A DNA stretch of 48,166 nucleotides from a virus (lineage: Duplodnaviria; Heunggongvirae; Uroviricota; Caudoviricetes), in the IMG/VR virus record IMGVR_UViG_2639762987_000003, one strand, 5' to 3'. Positions 1-8,833 of the stretch are shown here, piece by piece; within the stretch, counting starts at the first letter, position 1; every line of letters begins with the position of its first letter. The notes beneath the pieces were generated by a model, which was not told the DNA's origin, searched no databases, and saw only the letters and a program-made list of their open reading frames with translations. A program made the translations under genes and the position numbers.

Positions 1-34
1 TAAAGCACTTTTTATATAAATATATAATTATATA
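1..34. repeat. 34-bp terminal overlap identical to positions 48133-48166 (circular join or terminal redundancy)
   Basis: First 34 nt (taaagcactttttatataaatatataattatata) are identical to the last 34 nt of the window. Confidence 0.9.
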
Positions 35-37
35 ATT

Positions 38-625
38 TTATGCCACTTGCCAGAGAGCATCATGCAACTGGATACCTCCATTGCACTGGTTGCCCCAGCC
101 ATGCCAACCATCAGGTAAATCACCGCGAGAAAACAGCTCAATACGAGGAACATCACCTAACAGCCTTACCAGCTTGTCACGAACCACATCAGGCTTCCGA
201 GAATGCTCCAGACGAGGCGATGTAAACGACTGAATGATCCCCGCATCAAGGCGGGTCGGCAATTTGCCTTTTACCGCAAACAAGCAATCTTCACTGTTTG
301 CACGAGTCATATGCCCCATCCCCATCACCAGCTTATCTGGTTGTCGGCTACCACATTTGTTCCATGTGAAGCCCTTCATGGTCATAAGCCTGAATCCCCA
401 TGCTTTCACCACCAGCAACGCTTCTTCTGGCTGAGTCGGAACCCACCACATGGCCAACAAACACGATTCAGGATTAGCAAGCTGCCAGACAGGAATACGA
501 GCAATATCCTCAGCTTTCATCGTTGGATACTTAAAACCAGCTCCACGATTCCCATCCTTACACTTATCTTTGTATTCCCAGGGGGGATCTGCATAAATCA
601 GATTAAACAATGCAATTGCCTCCAT
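38..625 (-). CDS. DNA N6-adenine methyltransferase, MT-A70-like
   Basis: 195-aa ORF with DPPW motif (LIYADPPWEY) typical of MT-A70/Dam-like phage methyltransferases. Confidence 0.75.
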   Translation of the reverse strand: MEAIALFNLIYADPPWEYKDKCKDGNRGAGFKYPTMKAEDIARIPVWQLANPESCLLAMWWVPTQPEEALLVVKAWGFRLMTMKGFTWNKCGSRQPDKLVMGMGHMTRANSEDCLFAVKGKLPTRLDAGIIQSFTSPRLEHSRKPDVVRDKLVRLLGDVPRIELFSRGDLPDGWHGWGNQCNGGIQLHDALWQVA

Positions 626-933
626 GTTAGTTGTGCCTCCGGCGCTGATCTCCGGCAGTCATAACGCTGGCCAGCTCTACAGCAGACACAACGAAAAGGG
701 CACTAACCAGACTGATTAATGCCCTTGCCTGTTGTGTGCCGGATATCGCCCGACAACGCTGTTTTGGTAACACGGCTACAGTTCCGTGCCGCTCCAGCTT
801 TTACCCCTTTGCGGATAACAGGCCCTGCCTGTAACTTAGCCCCACGTTCGCCCGAAATGCGCACCAGGCACGCATAAAGATGAGCACGAAGGAAGTAACT
901 CCACCGCGCTTATCTTTATGTGTGAGAGTGAAT

Positions 934-1009
934 TGGTGGCCCCTACCGGATTTGAACCGATGACCGTGCGATTATGAGTCGCCTGCTCTAACCACTGAGC
1001 TAAGGGGCC
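934..1009 (-). tRNA. tRNA with CAU anticodon; acceptor, D and anticodon arms resemble E. coli tRNA-Ile2 (ileX-type), elongator tRNA-Met not excluded
   Basis: Reverse complement folds as a 76-nt cloverleaf: 7-bp acceptor stem GGCCCCT/AGGGGCC, D-arm GCTC-AGTGGTTA-GAGC, anticodon loop CTCATAA, T-arm ATCGG-TTCAAAT-CCGGT, terminal CCA encoded. Confidence 0.85.
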
Positions 1010-1150
1010 ATATTTGATCTGTTTGTCTGGTGTGGCGCCGCGCACGAAAATCCCAGCCAATAAATTCAGGATTTTTGGGCGCGGCGGCATATCAGACAAA
1101 CATGGTTGATGCGTGCGCCCATGAGAAAAGCGCATAGAATGTTGTAACTA

Positions 1151-1178
1151 TATATTTATATAATTATAGAAATATATA
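1151..1178. promoter_or_regulatory. AT-rich element containing perfect palindrome TATAATTATA (1159-1168)
   Basis: Member of a dispersed AT-rich motif family; lies between the lysis cassette and the tRNA. Confidence 0.5.
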
Positions 1179-1358
1179 TTACTTGGGGCAGTTGATTTCC
1201 CATGCCCTGTTATGAGCCAGAATATCTTTCTTTGTCTGGCGGTCCATAACATCGATATCGTGATCAGTCAGGTAGATGGGCTTTACCCAATCACAGGCGG
1301 TATCAACCACCACCGGGACGCTTCCACGACTCCCGCAGCTCGCGATCAACATCGTCAT
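1179..1358 (-). CDS. o-spanin (Rz1-like outer-membrane lipoprotein), overlapping the Rz-like gene out of frame
   Basis: Short ORF with lipobox-like LIASC near the N-terminus; overlaps the 3' part of the adjacent ORF in another frame at the end of the lysis cassette. Start chosen at an internal Met of the 1179..1388 track ORF. Confidence 0.5.
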   Translation of the reverse strand: MTMLIASCGSRGSVPVVVDTACDWVKPIYLTDHDIDVMDRQTKKDILAHNRAWEINCPK

Positions 1359-1581
1359 CAGCCATATGGTTAACACTCTGATGTACATTCCCCACCTCTT
1401 TTGTCACTTCTATACGCCGCTCCGCAGTGGCTTTTACGGCGGCTGCATTCTCATTAATGCGCTGCTTTTCAGCTTCATCTTCGGCCTTTTCTCGCCCCTT
1501 CATACGACCAAAACCAAACGCGCCGAATGCAACCAATATAATTGTGCCAATAAATGACAAAACGGCCTTCAAACCAGTCAT
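1303..1581 (-). CDS. i-spanin (Rz-like), N-terminal transmembrane helix and charged periplasmic part
   Basis: 92-aa ORF with N-terminal hydrophobic segment then charged/coiled region; start overlaps the endolysin stop. Confidence 0.55.
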   Translation of the reverse strand: MTGLKAVLSFIGTIILVAFGAFGFGRMKGREKAEDEAEKQRINENAAAVKATAERRIEVTKEVGNVHQSVNHMADDDVDRELRESWKRPGGG

Positions 1582-2120
1582 ACCACCACTCGCTCTTTCA
1601 TCCAGCCGTAGACAAACGACTCATTCGCCTCGCGCTTCTCCGCCAGCTCCAGATAGCGTTCGCCCTGCGTACAGTTCAGCGACGTCAGCATCACCCGTTC
1701 GCCGTCTTTTCCCCGATTCCCAAGATAAGCACGCAGCGCATTAATGGTACGTGGACCGATTCGTCCATCTGCATCCAAATCGGGATACAGCTTCCCACGC
1801 AGATTGAACACATTCAGCCAGCGTTGAAGCATTTTGGACGCCACTGTTGGCCCCATATTCACACCGGTATCACACAGCTCTGCGGCAATATCAGAGGATA
1901 ATGCGGCCACCTGATCAAAGCGTGGTCCGTACCAGTAATCAGCCTCAAGGATTTCCAGTGCCTGTTCGCGGGTTAAATCGCGCATATCGCCACGGTATCC
2001 ATGAGCACGGGCAGTGTTCTGAGTAATGCCCCACTTTGTTGGGCCTCCCTTGTCGTCAGGGTGATCCACATAGCCGCCCTCTTTTCCAAGAACGCTGTTA
2101 AAAATCTCATCTTTGGTCAT
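1578..2120 (-). CDS. Endolysin, GH108-type N-terminal domain with peptidoglycan-binding C-terminal domain
   Basis: Motif EGGYVDHPDDKGGPTKWGIT near the N-terminus is characteristic of GH108 lysozymes; sits between holin-like and spanin genes. Confidence 0.8.
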   Translation of the reverse strand: MTKDEIFNSVLGKEGGYVDHPDDKGGPTKWGITQNTARAHGYRGDMRDLTREQALEILEADYWYGPRFDQVAALSSDIAAELCDTGVNMGPTVASKMLQRWLNVFNLRGKLYPDLDADGRIGPRTINALRAYLGNRGKDGERVMLTSLNCTQGERYLELAEKREANESFVYGWMKERVVV

Positions 2121-2403
2121 GATTAAACCCTAATGCGTCAACTATCCGCGCCAGATTGCCCCTGAAATACAGAACAACGATGCAGATAATCAGATTTCCA
2201 ATAACCACCAGCCAGTGGGATTCTTGATAAAGACCGAACACATAACGGAAGGGAACATTGGCGTATACAATGACGTAAATATAAGCCAGAAAGGAAACAA
2301 ATGGACGATGCCTGGAGTCTTTCCGTCGATAAAGCATCAGCGCCATTACTATTACTGTGCAAAGCACCGCATTAATCAGTGCTGACGGGTCACTGCTTAC
2401 CAT
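2107..2403 (-). CDS. Holin-like or antiholin-like small membrane protein
   Basis: Several hydrophobic segments; located between the holin and the endolysin. Start uncertain (internal Met chosen). Confidence 0.45.
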   Translation of the reverse strand: MVSSDPSALINAVLCTVIVMALMLYRRKDSRHRPFVSFLAYIYVIVYANVPFRYVFGLYQESHWLVVIGNLIICIVVLYFRGNLARIVDALGFNHDQR

Positions 2404-2785
2404 TTGAACCCCCTCCACGTAAGCGGGAAAGCATTCCAAAGATGCTACCGAGATCCTGGCTGTTTACGAACGTGAGGATTTTAATGGTCAATGCAGCCAC
2501 AATAACCGCACCAAGCGCATCCAGAGGACGATCGTTGTAGCTGGTCCATTTAGCAAGAAATGAGCCAACTAACGGCGCTCCAATCACTCCAACAATGAAC
2601 GATGTAAAGAAATAGCCAATCAGCTTGAGACGGCTAATATTCACCGCTGTAGCAACATAGAAAACAGCGCCAGCAAATGCCCCGAATACAACGCCGTAAT
2701 CAATACCAGTTGCAATACCAAAAACGCTGGCACCCATCAGGCCACCAGCAGCAACGGCCGTACCGGAAATTGGTTCTGCTGACAT
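2390..2785 (-). CDS. Holin (multi-pass small membrane protein)
   Basis: 131-aa Gly/Ala-rich hydrophobic protein with charged C-terminus, first gene of the lysis cassette. Confidence 0.55.
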   Translation of the reverse strand: MSAEPISGTAVAAGGLMGASVFGIATGIDYGVVFGAFAGAVFYVATAVNISRLKLIGYFFTSFIVGVIGAPLVGSFLAKWTSYNDRPLDALGAVIVAALTIKILTFVNSQDLGSIFGMLSRLRGGGSNGKQ

Positions 2786-2797
2786 TGAAATCCTCGT

Positions 2798-2830
2798 TAA
2801 AAAAAAAGCCCCGCCGAAAAAGGCAGGGCT
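2798..2830 (-). terminator. Rho-independent terminator immediately upstream of the holin start
   Basis: On the minus strand, 9-bp GC-rich stem (one G-U pair), 6-nt loop, followed by a run of 9 U. Confidence 0.65.
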
Positions 2831-2975
2831 TCATAAAGCAACAAATTACGCGGTAATCGCTTAACGCAGTTTTACTACGTTAAATGAAACACTACACCCA
2901 GTTACCACCTAAAACAAGGTTTCCCCATAAAAAAACCTTCATATCGTGGTTAATCGATCAATAAAAAAGCAATGT

Positions 2976-3167
2976 TCAACTTTTTACCAACTGAACATCC
3001 CGACCAGGACTTCCATAATATTCGCCGATATTCCACTGCTTAAGTTGAGTAATCTTCTCCAACTTAACTCCCACAGAATCCAATTTCTGCCATGTTTTCG
3101 GTTGTATGTGCCTCATTACCCGCTCTGAATATCTAAATACTGCTCGTAGCCTCGCTAAATTGCTCAC
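2976..3167 (-). CDS. Hypothetical small protein
   Basis: 63-aa ORF with GGAGG Shine-Dalgarno 6 nt upstream of a GTG start; overlaps the stop of the upstream gene. Confidence 0.4.
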   Translation of the reverse strand: MSNLARLRAVFRYSERVMRHIQPKTWQKLDSVGVKLEKITQLKQWNIGEYYGSPGRDVQLVKS

Positions 3168-3880
3168 TTGTCGCCTCCTTTACGAATCTGTTCCGCCCAC
3201 TCCTCAAGAGATTTCTCCGCATATTCACCGGACAGGCCATCAATCGGGTGCGGTTCATTAGCCAACTCTTCTTTCGCTGACAAAATCATGCGTGTAACGT
3301 CGAAAACTTCACGCAAAGACTTATTGATAAATCCGTGATTGAACGCAGCAGCAAGACGGCTTGCGGTGTAGTTAATCCCCTCGTTGCGTGCCTCCGCACG
3401 TATTTCAGCCAGGAAAGCATCGGTGGCTGGAATGGGCTTTTGTGGTGATATAGCAATGCGAATTGTCTCAAGGTCTGGAGCTGTTTCCGCTGTTGGCACC
3501 TTGATATAACCCGTCTGCACCCCATTCATGATGAACCTGCGACGGTCATCACATATCGCCTTAAGCCCTGCATTCTCCGCCGCCAGCGCCGCACGACTGG
3601 CCTCCAGTTCAGCAATGCGTTTGCTTTGTGCTTCCCGTTCATTCAGCAACGCCTGCACTACTTCTGGGTTGAAAGCTGCGATATAACGAGCGTTGTTCTC
3701 TGCGTTTTTCTGTCCGTCAAAGCCGGTCCATTTGATAACGTCTTCACATCGTTTATCACCGGGTGTATGCACCGCATATGTACCAGTACCCGACGAAATA
3801 AATGCGACCCATTCGCCTTGTGTTGCCTGTTTTGCTATCTCACGTAGTGCCTGATAGTTAATTGCTGTGCTGTTAGTCAT
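3164..3880 (-). CDS. Ea22/Ead-like lambdoid early-region protein
   Basis: Resembles Ead/Ea22-like proteins by eye (segment YAVHTPGDKRCEDVIKWTGFDG...AAFNPEVVQALL); start set at Met with GGAGG 7 nt upstream. Confidence 0.45.
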   Translation of the reverse strand: MTNSTAINYQALREIAKQATQGEWVAFISSGTGTYAVHTPGDKRCEDVIKWTGFDGQKNAENNARYIAAFNPEVVQALLNEREAQSKRIAELEASRAALAAENAGLKAICDDRRRFIMNGVQTGYIKVPTAETAPDLETIRIAISPQKPIPATDAFLAEIRAEARNEGINYTASRLAAAFNHGFINKSLREVFDVTRMILSAKEELANEPHPIDGLSGEYAEKSLEEWAEQIRKGGDK

Positions 3881-4217
3881 TCCAGGCCTCCAGCTCGTTC
3901 TGAATCTCCTCGTCAACCTCGTCATTGGTGGCGTCTTCGTTCAGATGGTCGCGCGCCTCTTTGAGATACTGTTCACGGCGTTCGTGGTACCAGGCTGAGA
4001 ACTCCGGCGACCATCCTCGATTAGCCCCCTGAAAATCTACCATCGCATTATCCTCGGCCATACGCTCGACCATGCAATCCGCGGTGTTCAGTGCAACCTC
4101 ACGGATGTACCCCCGCAGGTCGCGCTTACGCCAATACGGGCTATATTTTGAGTCGCAGCGGCCTTTAAATTCGACGGTCCAGCGACGGATGCAGCGTGCG
4201 TTAAGTGATTTGCTCAT
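3873..4217 (-). CDS. Hypothetical protein
   Basis: 114-aa ORF in a tightly packed minus-strand operon. Confidence 0.45.
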   Translation of the reverse strand: MSKSLNARCIRRWTVEFKGRCDSKYSPYWRKRDLRGYIREVALNTADCMVERMAEDNAMVDFQGANRGWSPEFSAWYHERREQYLKEARDHLNEDATNDEVDEEIQNELEAWND

Positions 4218-4219
4218 AG

Positions 4220-4831
4220 TTATGCTTCCTTAATACGCTTAAACTCAATTACCCATACCCACGGGTTAGATAGCCAGTTCTCTTGCCCGTAAATACCGCG
4301 CCAGATATCACCAAAGCCAACGCGATAAACAGCTTCCGGCGGTGTAATCTTGTACGTCACCGGAGATGCGCCTTCTGCTTTAGCATCTGCCTCGCTCATG
4401 TCATGCAGCCGCTCCACACGCACGTCGGTAATTTCCAGCAAAATACGCGAAGCCCAGCGCGGCATGTGAATCGACGGGGTCCAGCCCTCAGCTGGCTTGC
4501 TACTATCTGAGTAATCAGCCTTGTAATCACACAGTTCAGAAGCCAGAGAGACACCATCTTTGATTTCCTGAATGACATCGTTATCCAGCCAAAAAGCGTT
4601 GAATGTTTCACGGACCCATATGCGATCACCAACGTTACCGAACGGGCATAAACCATGTTCCAGTGCATCCATAACGTGGGTATAGACACCATTGCGTTTC
4701 TTTGTCGGTTTACGGATAACCAGGCAGTTATCGGCCCTGACATTTTTTACAGGTCGGCGAGTCTGCGTCTTCCTTCCTTCGAGGATGGCCCTAACCATAT
4801 CGTCATTAAAAACAACACCACGTTCTTTCAT
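4220..4831 (-). CDS. Hypothetical phage protein with conserved N-terminal GRKTQTRRP motif
   Basis: 203-aa ORF; motif recalls a conserved phage protein family but the family cannot be named with confidence. Confidence 0.45.
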   Translation of the reverse strand: MKERGVVFNDDMVRAILEGRKTQTRRPVKNVRADNCLVIRKPTKKRNGVYTHVMDALEHGLCPFGNVGDRIWVRETFNAFWLDNDVIQEIKDGVSLASELCDYKADYSDSSKPAEGWTPSIHMPRWASRILLEITDVRVERLHDMSEADAKAEGASPVTYKITPPEAVYRVGFGDIWRGIYGQENWLSNPWVWVIEFKRIKEA

Positions 4832-5082
4832 TTAGAAGCCACCTTGTTCAATTTCCGGCGACAAGACACGCAATCATCAGGACTCTCAAAAGTGTCTGGC
4901 TCACGGTAATCACCAAAATACATCCAACGGCCGCAAATGCTGGTTACTTCACCTTCATTAAAATAATGATGTTTATTCGCCTTCATTGGCCTGACCCATC
5001 CGGCATTTTTCTTGCTCACTTCAACTCCTCCCGACGACGTTCCTGAAGCTCTAGCATTGCGGCTCGGAAATCCTGCCACCAT
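4828..5082 (-). CDS. Hypothetical small Cys-containing protein (true start may be the internal Met at 4986)
   Basis: ORF overlaps the upstream gene by 67 nt unless the internal start is used. Confidence 0.35.
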   Translation of the reverse strand: MVAGFPSRNARASGTSSGGVEVSKKNAGWVRPMKANKHHYFNEGEVTSICGRWMYFGDYREPDTFESPDDCVSCRRKLNKVASK

Positions 5083-5381
5083 TCCTCATCTGCAACGGGG
5101 GTGTTCCGCTCCAGCACCTTGTCCGCATCAGCGATCAGGTTTGCCAGACTCTTGTCTGAAATCTTCGTTACCGGAGTCGTTGGTTGCTCAACCTGCCCGA
5201 TAGGTTTTATCGTGCTCAAAAGGAGGCGACGGCGGGAAAGTGGTGCCCCACAACGACGGCCATCTTCCTTGCGATATGTTTCTTTCGGACCAACACACCA
5301 GGTTGTCGGCGTTTCGCGCAACTTCACTCTTTTCTCACCATCATTGGTAATGATTATTCCGGTATGGGTTTTGATGCTCAT
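5016..5381 (-). CDS. Hypothetical protein
   Basis: 121-aa ORF in operon context. Confidence 0.4.
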   Translation of the reverse strand: MSIKTHTGIIITNDGEKRVKLRETPTTWCVGPKETYRKEDGRRCGAPLSRRRLLLSTIKPIGQVEQPTTPVTKISDKSLANLIADADKVLERNTPVADEEWWQDFRAAMLELQERRREELK

Positions 5382-5680
5382 GCCACAGCCCCTCTCAACG
5401 GCTTAACTTTGGCTAATAAGGTGTTAAACAACATGGAGTTAGGATTCATGCCAAATGGCAATTCCGGTTTAGCGGAGTAGTACAGGCAACCATTTATTTT
5501 CCTGGTTGTTATCTGTCCTTCGGCAACCATGCTTCTCAGTCTGCAACGCATAGAGTTCTGCGACACACCAATGTGCTCCGCGATTACGTCCACTTTTGAA
5601 CATGGGTGATCGGTCAGGAAATTAATCACATCTTGGGGGTTAATAATTTTGCGTTTCATTGTCGAGGCGTCCTTATACAT
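5378..5680 (-). CDS. Hypothetical protein, possible small DNA-binding regulator
   Basis: 100-aa ORF directly downstream of an AT-rich motif and a hairpin terminator. Confidence 0.4.
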   Translation of the reverse strand: MYKDASTMKRKIINPQDVINFLTDHPCSKVDVIAEHIGVSQNSMRCRLRSMVAEGQITTRKINGCLYYSAKPELPFGMNPNSMLFNTLLAKVKPLRGAVA

Positions 5681-5704
5681 TTGTATAAATATATAATTCT
5701 ATAT

Positions 5705-5726
5705 ACGGCGGGAGACGTCCCGCCGT
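5705..5726 (-). terminator. Perfect 9-bp GC-rich hairpin (terminator or RNA stability element)
   Basis: acggcggga-gacg-tcccgccgt, 10 nt after the stop of the 5737..6804 gene; no clean U-run, so termination efficiency is uncertain. Confidence 0.45.
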
Positions 5727-5736
5727 AGGCTTACTG

Positions 5737-6804
5737 TCAGGCTTTCAATAGCGATTCTTTTAGATATCGGGCATCAGCCAGGGCGTTTGGAGTAATCTTG
5801 CGAACCCATGCATTACGGGTTGGACTCCACTTAAAGGCGCGTGATTTAAGCAGCGAACGAATGTTTGCCTCTGGTTTGCCAGGGAAATAAAACAGGATGC
5901 GGTTATCCTCTGGATCTATCTCCATAGAAAAGCCGTCGTATTCTTCGCGCTGTGCTCCTGTTACAGACTTGACCGATTCAAGCTCCTTAATACGGCTCTG
6001 TAGTCGTTTGATTTCGGCGTTATTGTTGCTCAGTGCGTATGAAGGGAATCCGATGTGCCCACAGAAATCTCCGGCCAGTAACTCTTTGGCTTCGCTTTCT
6101 GTAAACCTGAGATCGATTAATGCAGAAAGCTGCTGTATTTGGTCTTTTTTGTATTTGCGAATGGCCTTATTTGCGGCCTTCATTTTGACGTGTGACTTCA
6201 TGCAGCCTTGCAGCTTACGAAGCAACTTAAATAGCGCATCAGGATCATCAGACGAAATTCCATTACGACCAACACCTGCGGCTTTGCTCTCGTAGTGTGA
6301 TGCTTTACTTTCGCATTCAACAAACGCTTTTCTGAATAACGCATCAGCTTTAGACAAACGGCGGCGATGGCCTTTCGCGCTATAATGGTCAACTAAAATC
6401 GGCTGGCCTAACGGGATCACATCCAACAGGTCATGCGCTCGCTTATGCGCTACCGCACCTTCTTTTCTGGCTTTTTCTGCACGAGCAATATATCGGGCAA
6501 GACGCGCGTTCTGGCGTTCCTGATAGGTGTTTACGTAATCATCTCCGCGCTGCTGCTGTTCAAGCCATGCTTTGCGCAGATCTTCTGTTACGTCCACCAG
6601 CTCCGCAGGGATACAACCAGTTTGGGCTTCATAAGAGTAACCATCCTCATAGATACGCCCATCGTCTTCAACAAAGAAAAAGGTTTCGTGCTCATCGCTT
6701 TTGACCATACGACCATTAACATGGCGTAATAGGTAGCCAGTATCAGTGCTTAACAGGCTGTTAGGGTTGTTGATCCAGTCAGAAATAATTACTTGTTTAT
6801 TCAT
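5737..6804 (-). CDS. Hypothetical 355-aa protein, first gene behind promoter cassette A
   Basis: Start set at the ATG 8 nt downstream of the cassette's GGAG; the longer track ORF (from 6858) translates the conserved leader. Confidence 0.6.
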   Translation of the reverse strand: MNKQVIISDWINNPNSLLSTDTGYLLRHVNGRMVKSDEHETFFFVEDDGRIYEDGYSYEAQTGCIPAELVDVTEDLRKAWLEQQQRGDDYVNTYQERQNARLARYIARAEKARKEGAVAHKRAHDLLDVIPLGQPILVDHYSAKGHRRRLSKADALFRKAFVECESKASHYESKAAGVGRNGISSDDPDALFKLLRKLQGCMKSHVKMKAANKAIRKYKKDQIQQLSALIDLRFTESEAKELLAGDFCGHIGFPSYALSNNNAEIKRLQSRIKELESVKSVTGAQREEYDGFSMEIDPEDNRILFYFPGKPEANIRSLLKSRAFKWSPTRNAWVRKITPNALADARYLKESLLKA

Positions 6805-6912
6805 CAGATTTCTCCGGTTTAACCAGGGCGGGTATCGCTCGGTTTCGGGTATAACCATAGGAAATTTTTTCCCACCTGTAAAGCACTTTTTATATAAATC
6901 TATAATTATATA
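6801..6912 (-). promoter_or_regulatory. Promoter-leader cassette copy A: TATAATTATA palindrome, -35 TTTACA, 17-bp spacer, -10 TATGGT, ~45-nt leader, GGAG, ATG
   Basis: Near-identical to 16776-16877 and 48055-48166; lies about 60 bp downstream of the Q-like gene. Confidence 0.6.
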
Positions 6913-6973
6913 TTTATAGATTTTCGATGTTCCCGATGTCTACACACCATCAAAACAGCTCAAAATGACACTT

Positions 6974-7351
6974 TTACTCTCTTCGCTTTTTCAAATAGTC
7001 GACAACATACGCCCTGGCTTTTGCCAGCTTCCGGCGATACTGTCTGAGGCTAAGAGAAAGGGCGTGGGCTTTATCAATATGCGGTGCATTTATGTCGAGG
7101 CCCCGAATCTCCCACGCCCCGTATTCAATTCGGACAACCAGCGCCGCAGTCTCATCAACTACCGTGAGGGCCGTCACCGCTCCCTCTATACTGGTTTCCA
7201 GTGAGTCATTTGGTGCGCCGCCCCCTCCGGTAAACTGGCAGCGCGTAACCATCATCATTTCTAACATCGACGCGAAACCGCTACGGGCGTTGCAGCCATT
7301 GCGCACCCACAGCGCCCATAGCTCAAACAAGCTATCCAGATCGCGTCTCAC
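6974..7351 (-). CDS. Putative Q-like antitermination protein
   Basis: 125-aa protein whose N-terminal pattern (MRRDLDSLFELWALWV) resembles small Q-family antiterminators; gene is followed immediately by promoter cassette A. Confidence 0.45.
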   Translation of the reverse strand: MRRDLDSLFELWALWVRNGCNARSGFASMLEMMMVTRCQFTGGGGAPNDSLETSIEGAVTALTVVDETAALVVRIEYGAWEIRGLDINAPHIDKAHALSLSLRQYRRKLAKARAYVVDYLKKRRE

Positions 7352-7354
7352 TGT

Positions 7355-7687
7355 TCAGATCTCCCGTATCGTGACGGGATAAAGCGCCTCTACCTGCTTT
7401 TTCTTCATGATGTAGACGTCTGTTCGCACACCTTTAGTGTCGACACAATCAATCGTCCCATCGTCATAAAACACCATGAAATCAAGTTTATAAACGACAC
7501 CACCTGGCAGATGAAAAGGCACCTGCATAAGAAACGTCACAACGCGGCCAGCTTTTCTCAGTAGCTTCAGTTCGCAGTAGTAATCAGCCTCTTTTTTGCT
7601 ATCAAAAGCGATATCATCGACAACCGTTTTTTTATTGCCGTATTTGCTTTTCCTTGTCGCTGGTTTGCGAAAGCCGGTATATCTCAT
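7355..7687 (-). CDS. DUF1064-like phage protein
   Basis: Motif SKYGNKKT...FDSKKEADYYCELKLLRKAG typical of the DUF1064 phage family. Confidence 0.55.
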   Translation of the reverse strand: MRYTGFRKPATRKSKYGNKKTVVDDIAFDSKKEADYYCELKLLRKAGRVVTFLMQVPFHLPGGVVYKLDFMVFYDDGTIDCVDTKGVRTDVYIMKKKQVEALYPVTIREI

Positions 7688-8088
7688 TTGGTATCCCCTG
7701 GTACTTCACCAAGACTAAGATCAAACCCAATTTCGTCTTTAACTGACTGCGGCAACAGCTCCCACGTCTGCGCACACAAAAATTCATCTGTGCCATAACG
7801 CTCAACAAAGCGAGCACAATTACTCAGGGGAGGGTGACGAACGGCAATATGCGGAGGCACACGCCCACCACCAGGCACAACACCGCGATGATGTGGTGCG
7901 CACAACCCAAAGCTATGGAAGTGGCAATTCTCATCAACGCTGCCGTAATCAGGATCGTGATGTAGCTCCGTCCACAGCTCTGGATTCTCAATTTCACGGC
8001 CATCAATAATGCAAGCTATGCAACCCACGTGAGTGAGCACCGCTTGTATATAAAGTTTCTCTTTCTTCGTTGGTGTACGTCCGTTCAT
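7684..8088 (-). CDS. Putative zinc-binding/HNH-like nuclease-family protein (NinG- or Ref-like?)
   Basis: Cys/His-rich segment (HHDPDYGSVDENCHFHSFGLCAPHH); family assignment tentative. Confidence 0.3.
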   Translation of the reverse strand: MNGRTPTKKEKLYIQAVLTHVGCIACIIDGREIENPELWTELHHDPDYGSVDENCHFHSFGLCAPHHRGVVPGGGRVPPHIAVRHPPLSNCARFVERYGTDEFLCAQTWELLPQSVKDEIGFDLSLGEVPGDTK

Positions 8089-8321
8089 CAGCGCCCCTTA
8101 CCATTGATAAAGAGGTTGAACTCGTTGATTAACTGGACATACATGCTTCTGGCCGCGTAGTTCTTTGCCAGCTCTTTACGGGATGAGATCCCGCAAAACT
8201 CACGCAGAATCACAGAGGCCTCAGAACTGTTTGAAACGTTCTTCCCTGTTTTACTGGTCAGAAAGCGCCAGAATTGGGGATTCTGGCAATGCATCGCAGC
8301 ACCGCGAACATAACTACTCAT
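8088..8321 (-). CDS. Hypothetical protein
   Basis: 77-aa ORF in the early leftward operon. Confidence 0.4.
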   Translation of the reverse strand: MSSYVRGAAMHCQNPQFWRFLTSKTGKNVSNSSEASVILREFCGISSRKELAKNYAARSMYVQLINEFNLFINGKGR

Positions 8322-8833
8322 TGATGGCCCCCGTCATTTCTGGTGCTTTTCACCGTGCGGCTTCTTAAAAACCTGCCATCACGAACAACAGACACTTCTC
8401 GTTTACCCAACCTCATTTCACGGCGGTAACATTCAGAAAATGCCTCGTCCGGCATCATATAAATGCGACGCTTCGCCTCCGTATCCAGAAGGGAACGGCT
8501 TGGGGTTACATATAAGAACGACTCATCAATAGGGACAAAACCACGAGCAAGAATTGCTGGCAGAATACCAGGAAGAACGCAGAAAACAGCTCCACGATGC
8601 AGCAACATCTGGTACTCCATGACCTCCGTAATCCCCGTAACGACTGTTACGGTGTCACGTCTGTTACGGCTGGCAACCAGTCGCTGCACACCTCCAATTT
8701 TCTGCTCTACAGATAGACGTTTGCTATCGTTATCAATATGATCGATAACAAATCCTTTAATCGTTTGATCAAGGTAGTGCACCACCTGCGATTGAATCTG
8801 GTGATTATCACCAAAGAAGGCCAGAATCATCAT
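8318..8833 (-). CDS. Hypothetical protein
   Basis: 171-aa ORF, stop/start overlaps with neighbours. Confidence 0.45.
   Translation of the reverse strand: MMILAFFGDNHQIQSQVVHYLDQTIKGFVIDHIDNDSKRLSVEQKIGGVQRLVASRNRRDTVTVVTGITEVMEYQMLLHRGAVFCVLPGILPAILARGFVPIDESFLYVTPSRSLLDTEAKRRIYMMPDEAFSECYRREMRLGKREVSVVRDGRFLRSRTVKSTRNDGGHQ

Noticed and set aside
836-1135. 99-aa minus-strand ORF
   Set aside because: It spans the tRNA gene at 934-1009 and has no ribosome-binding site; most likely a chance ORF.
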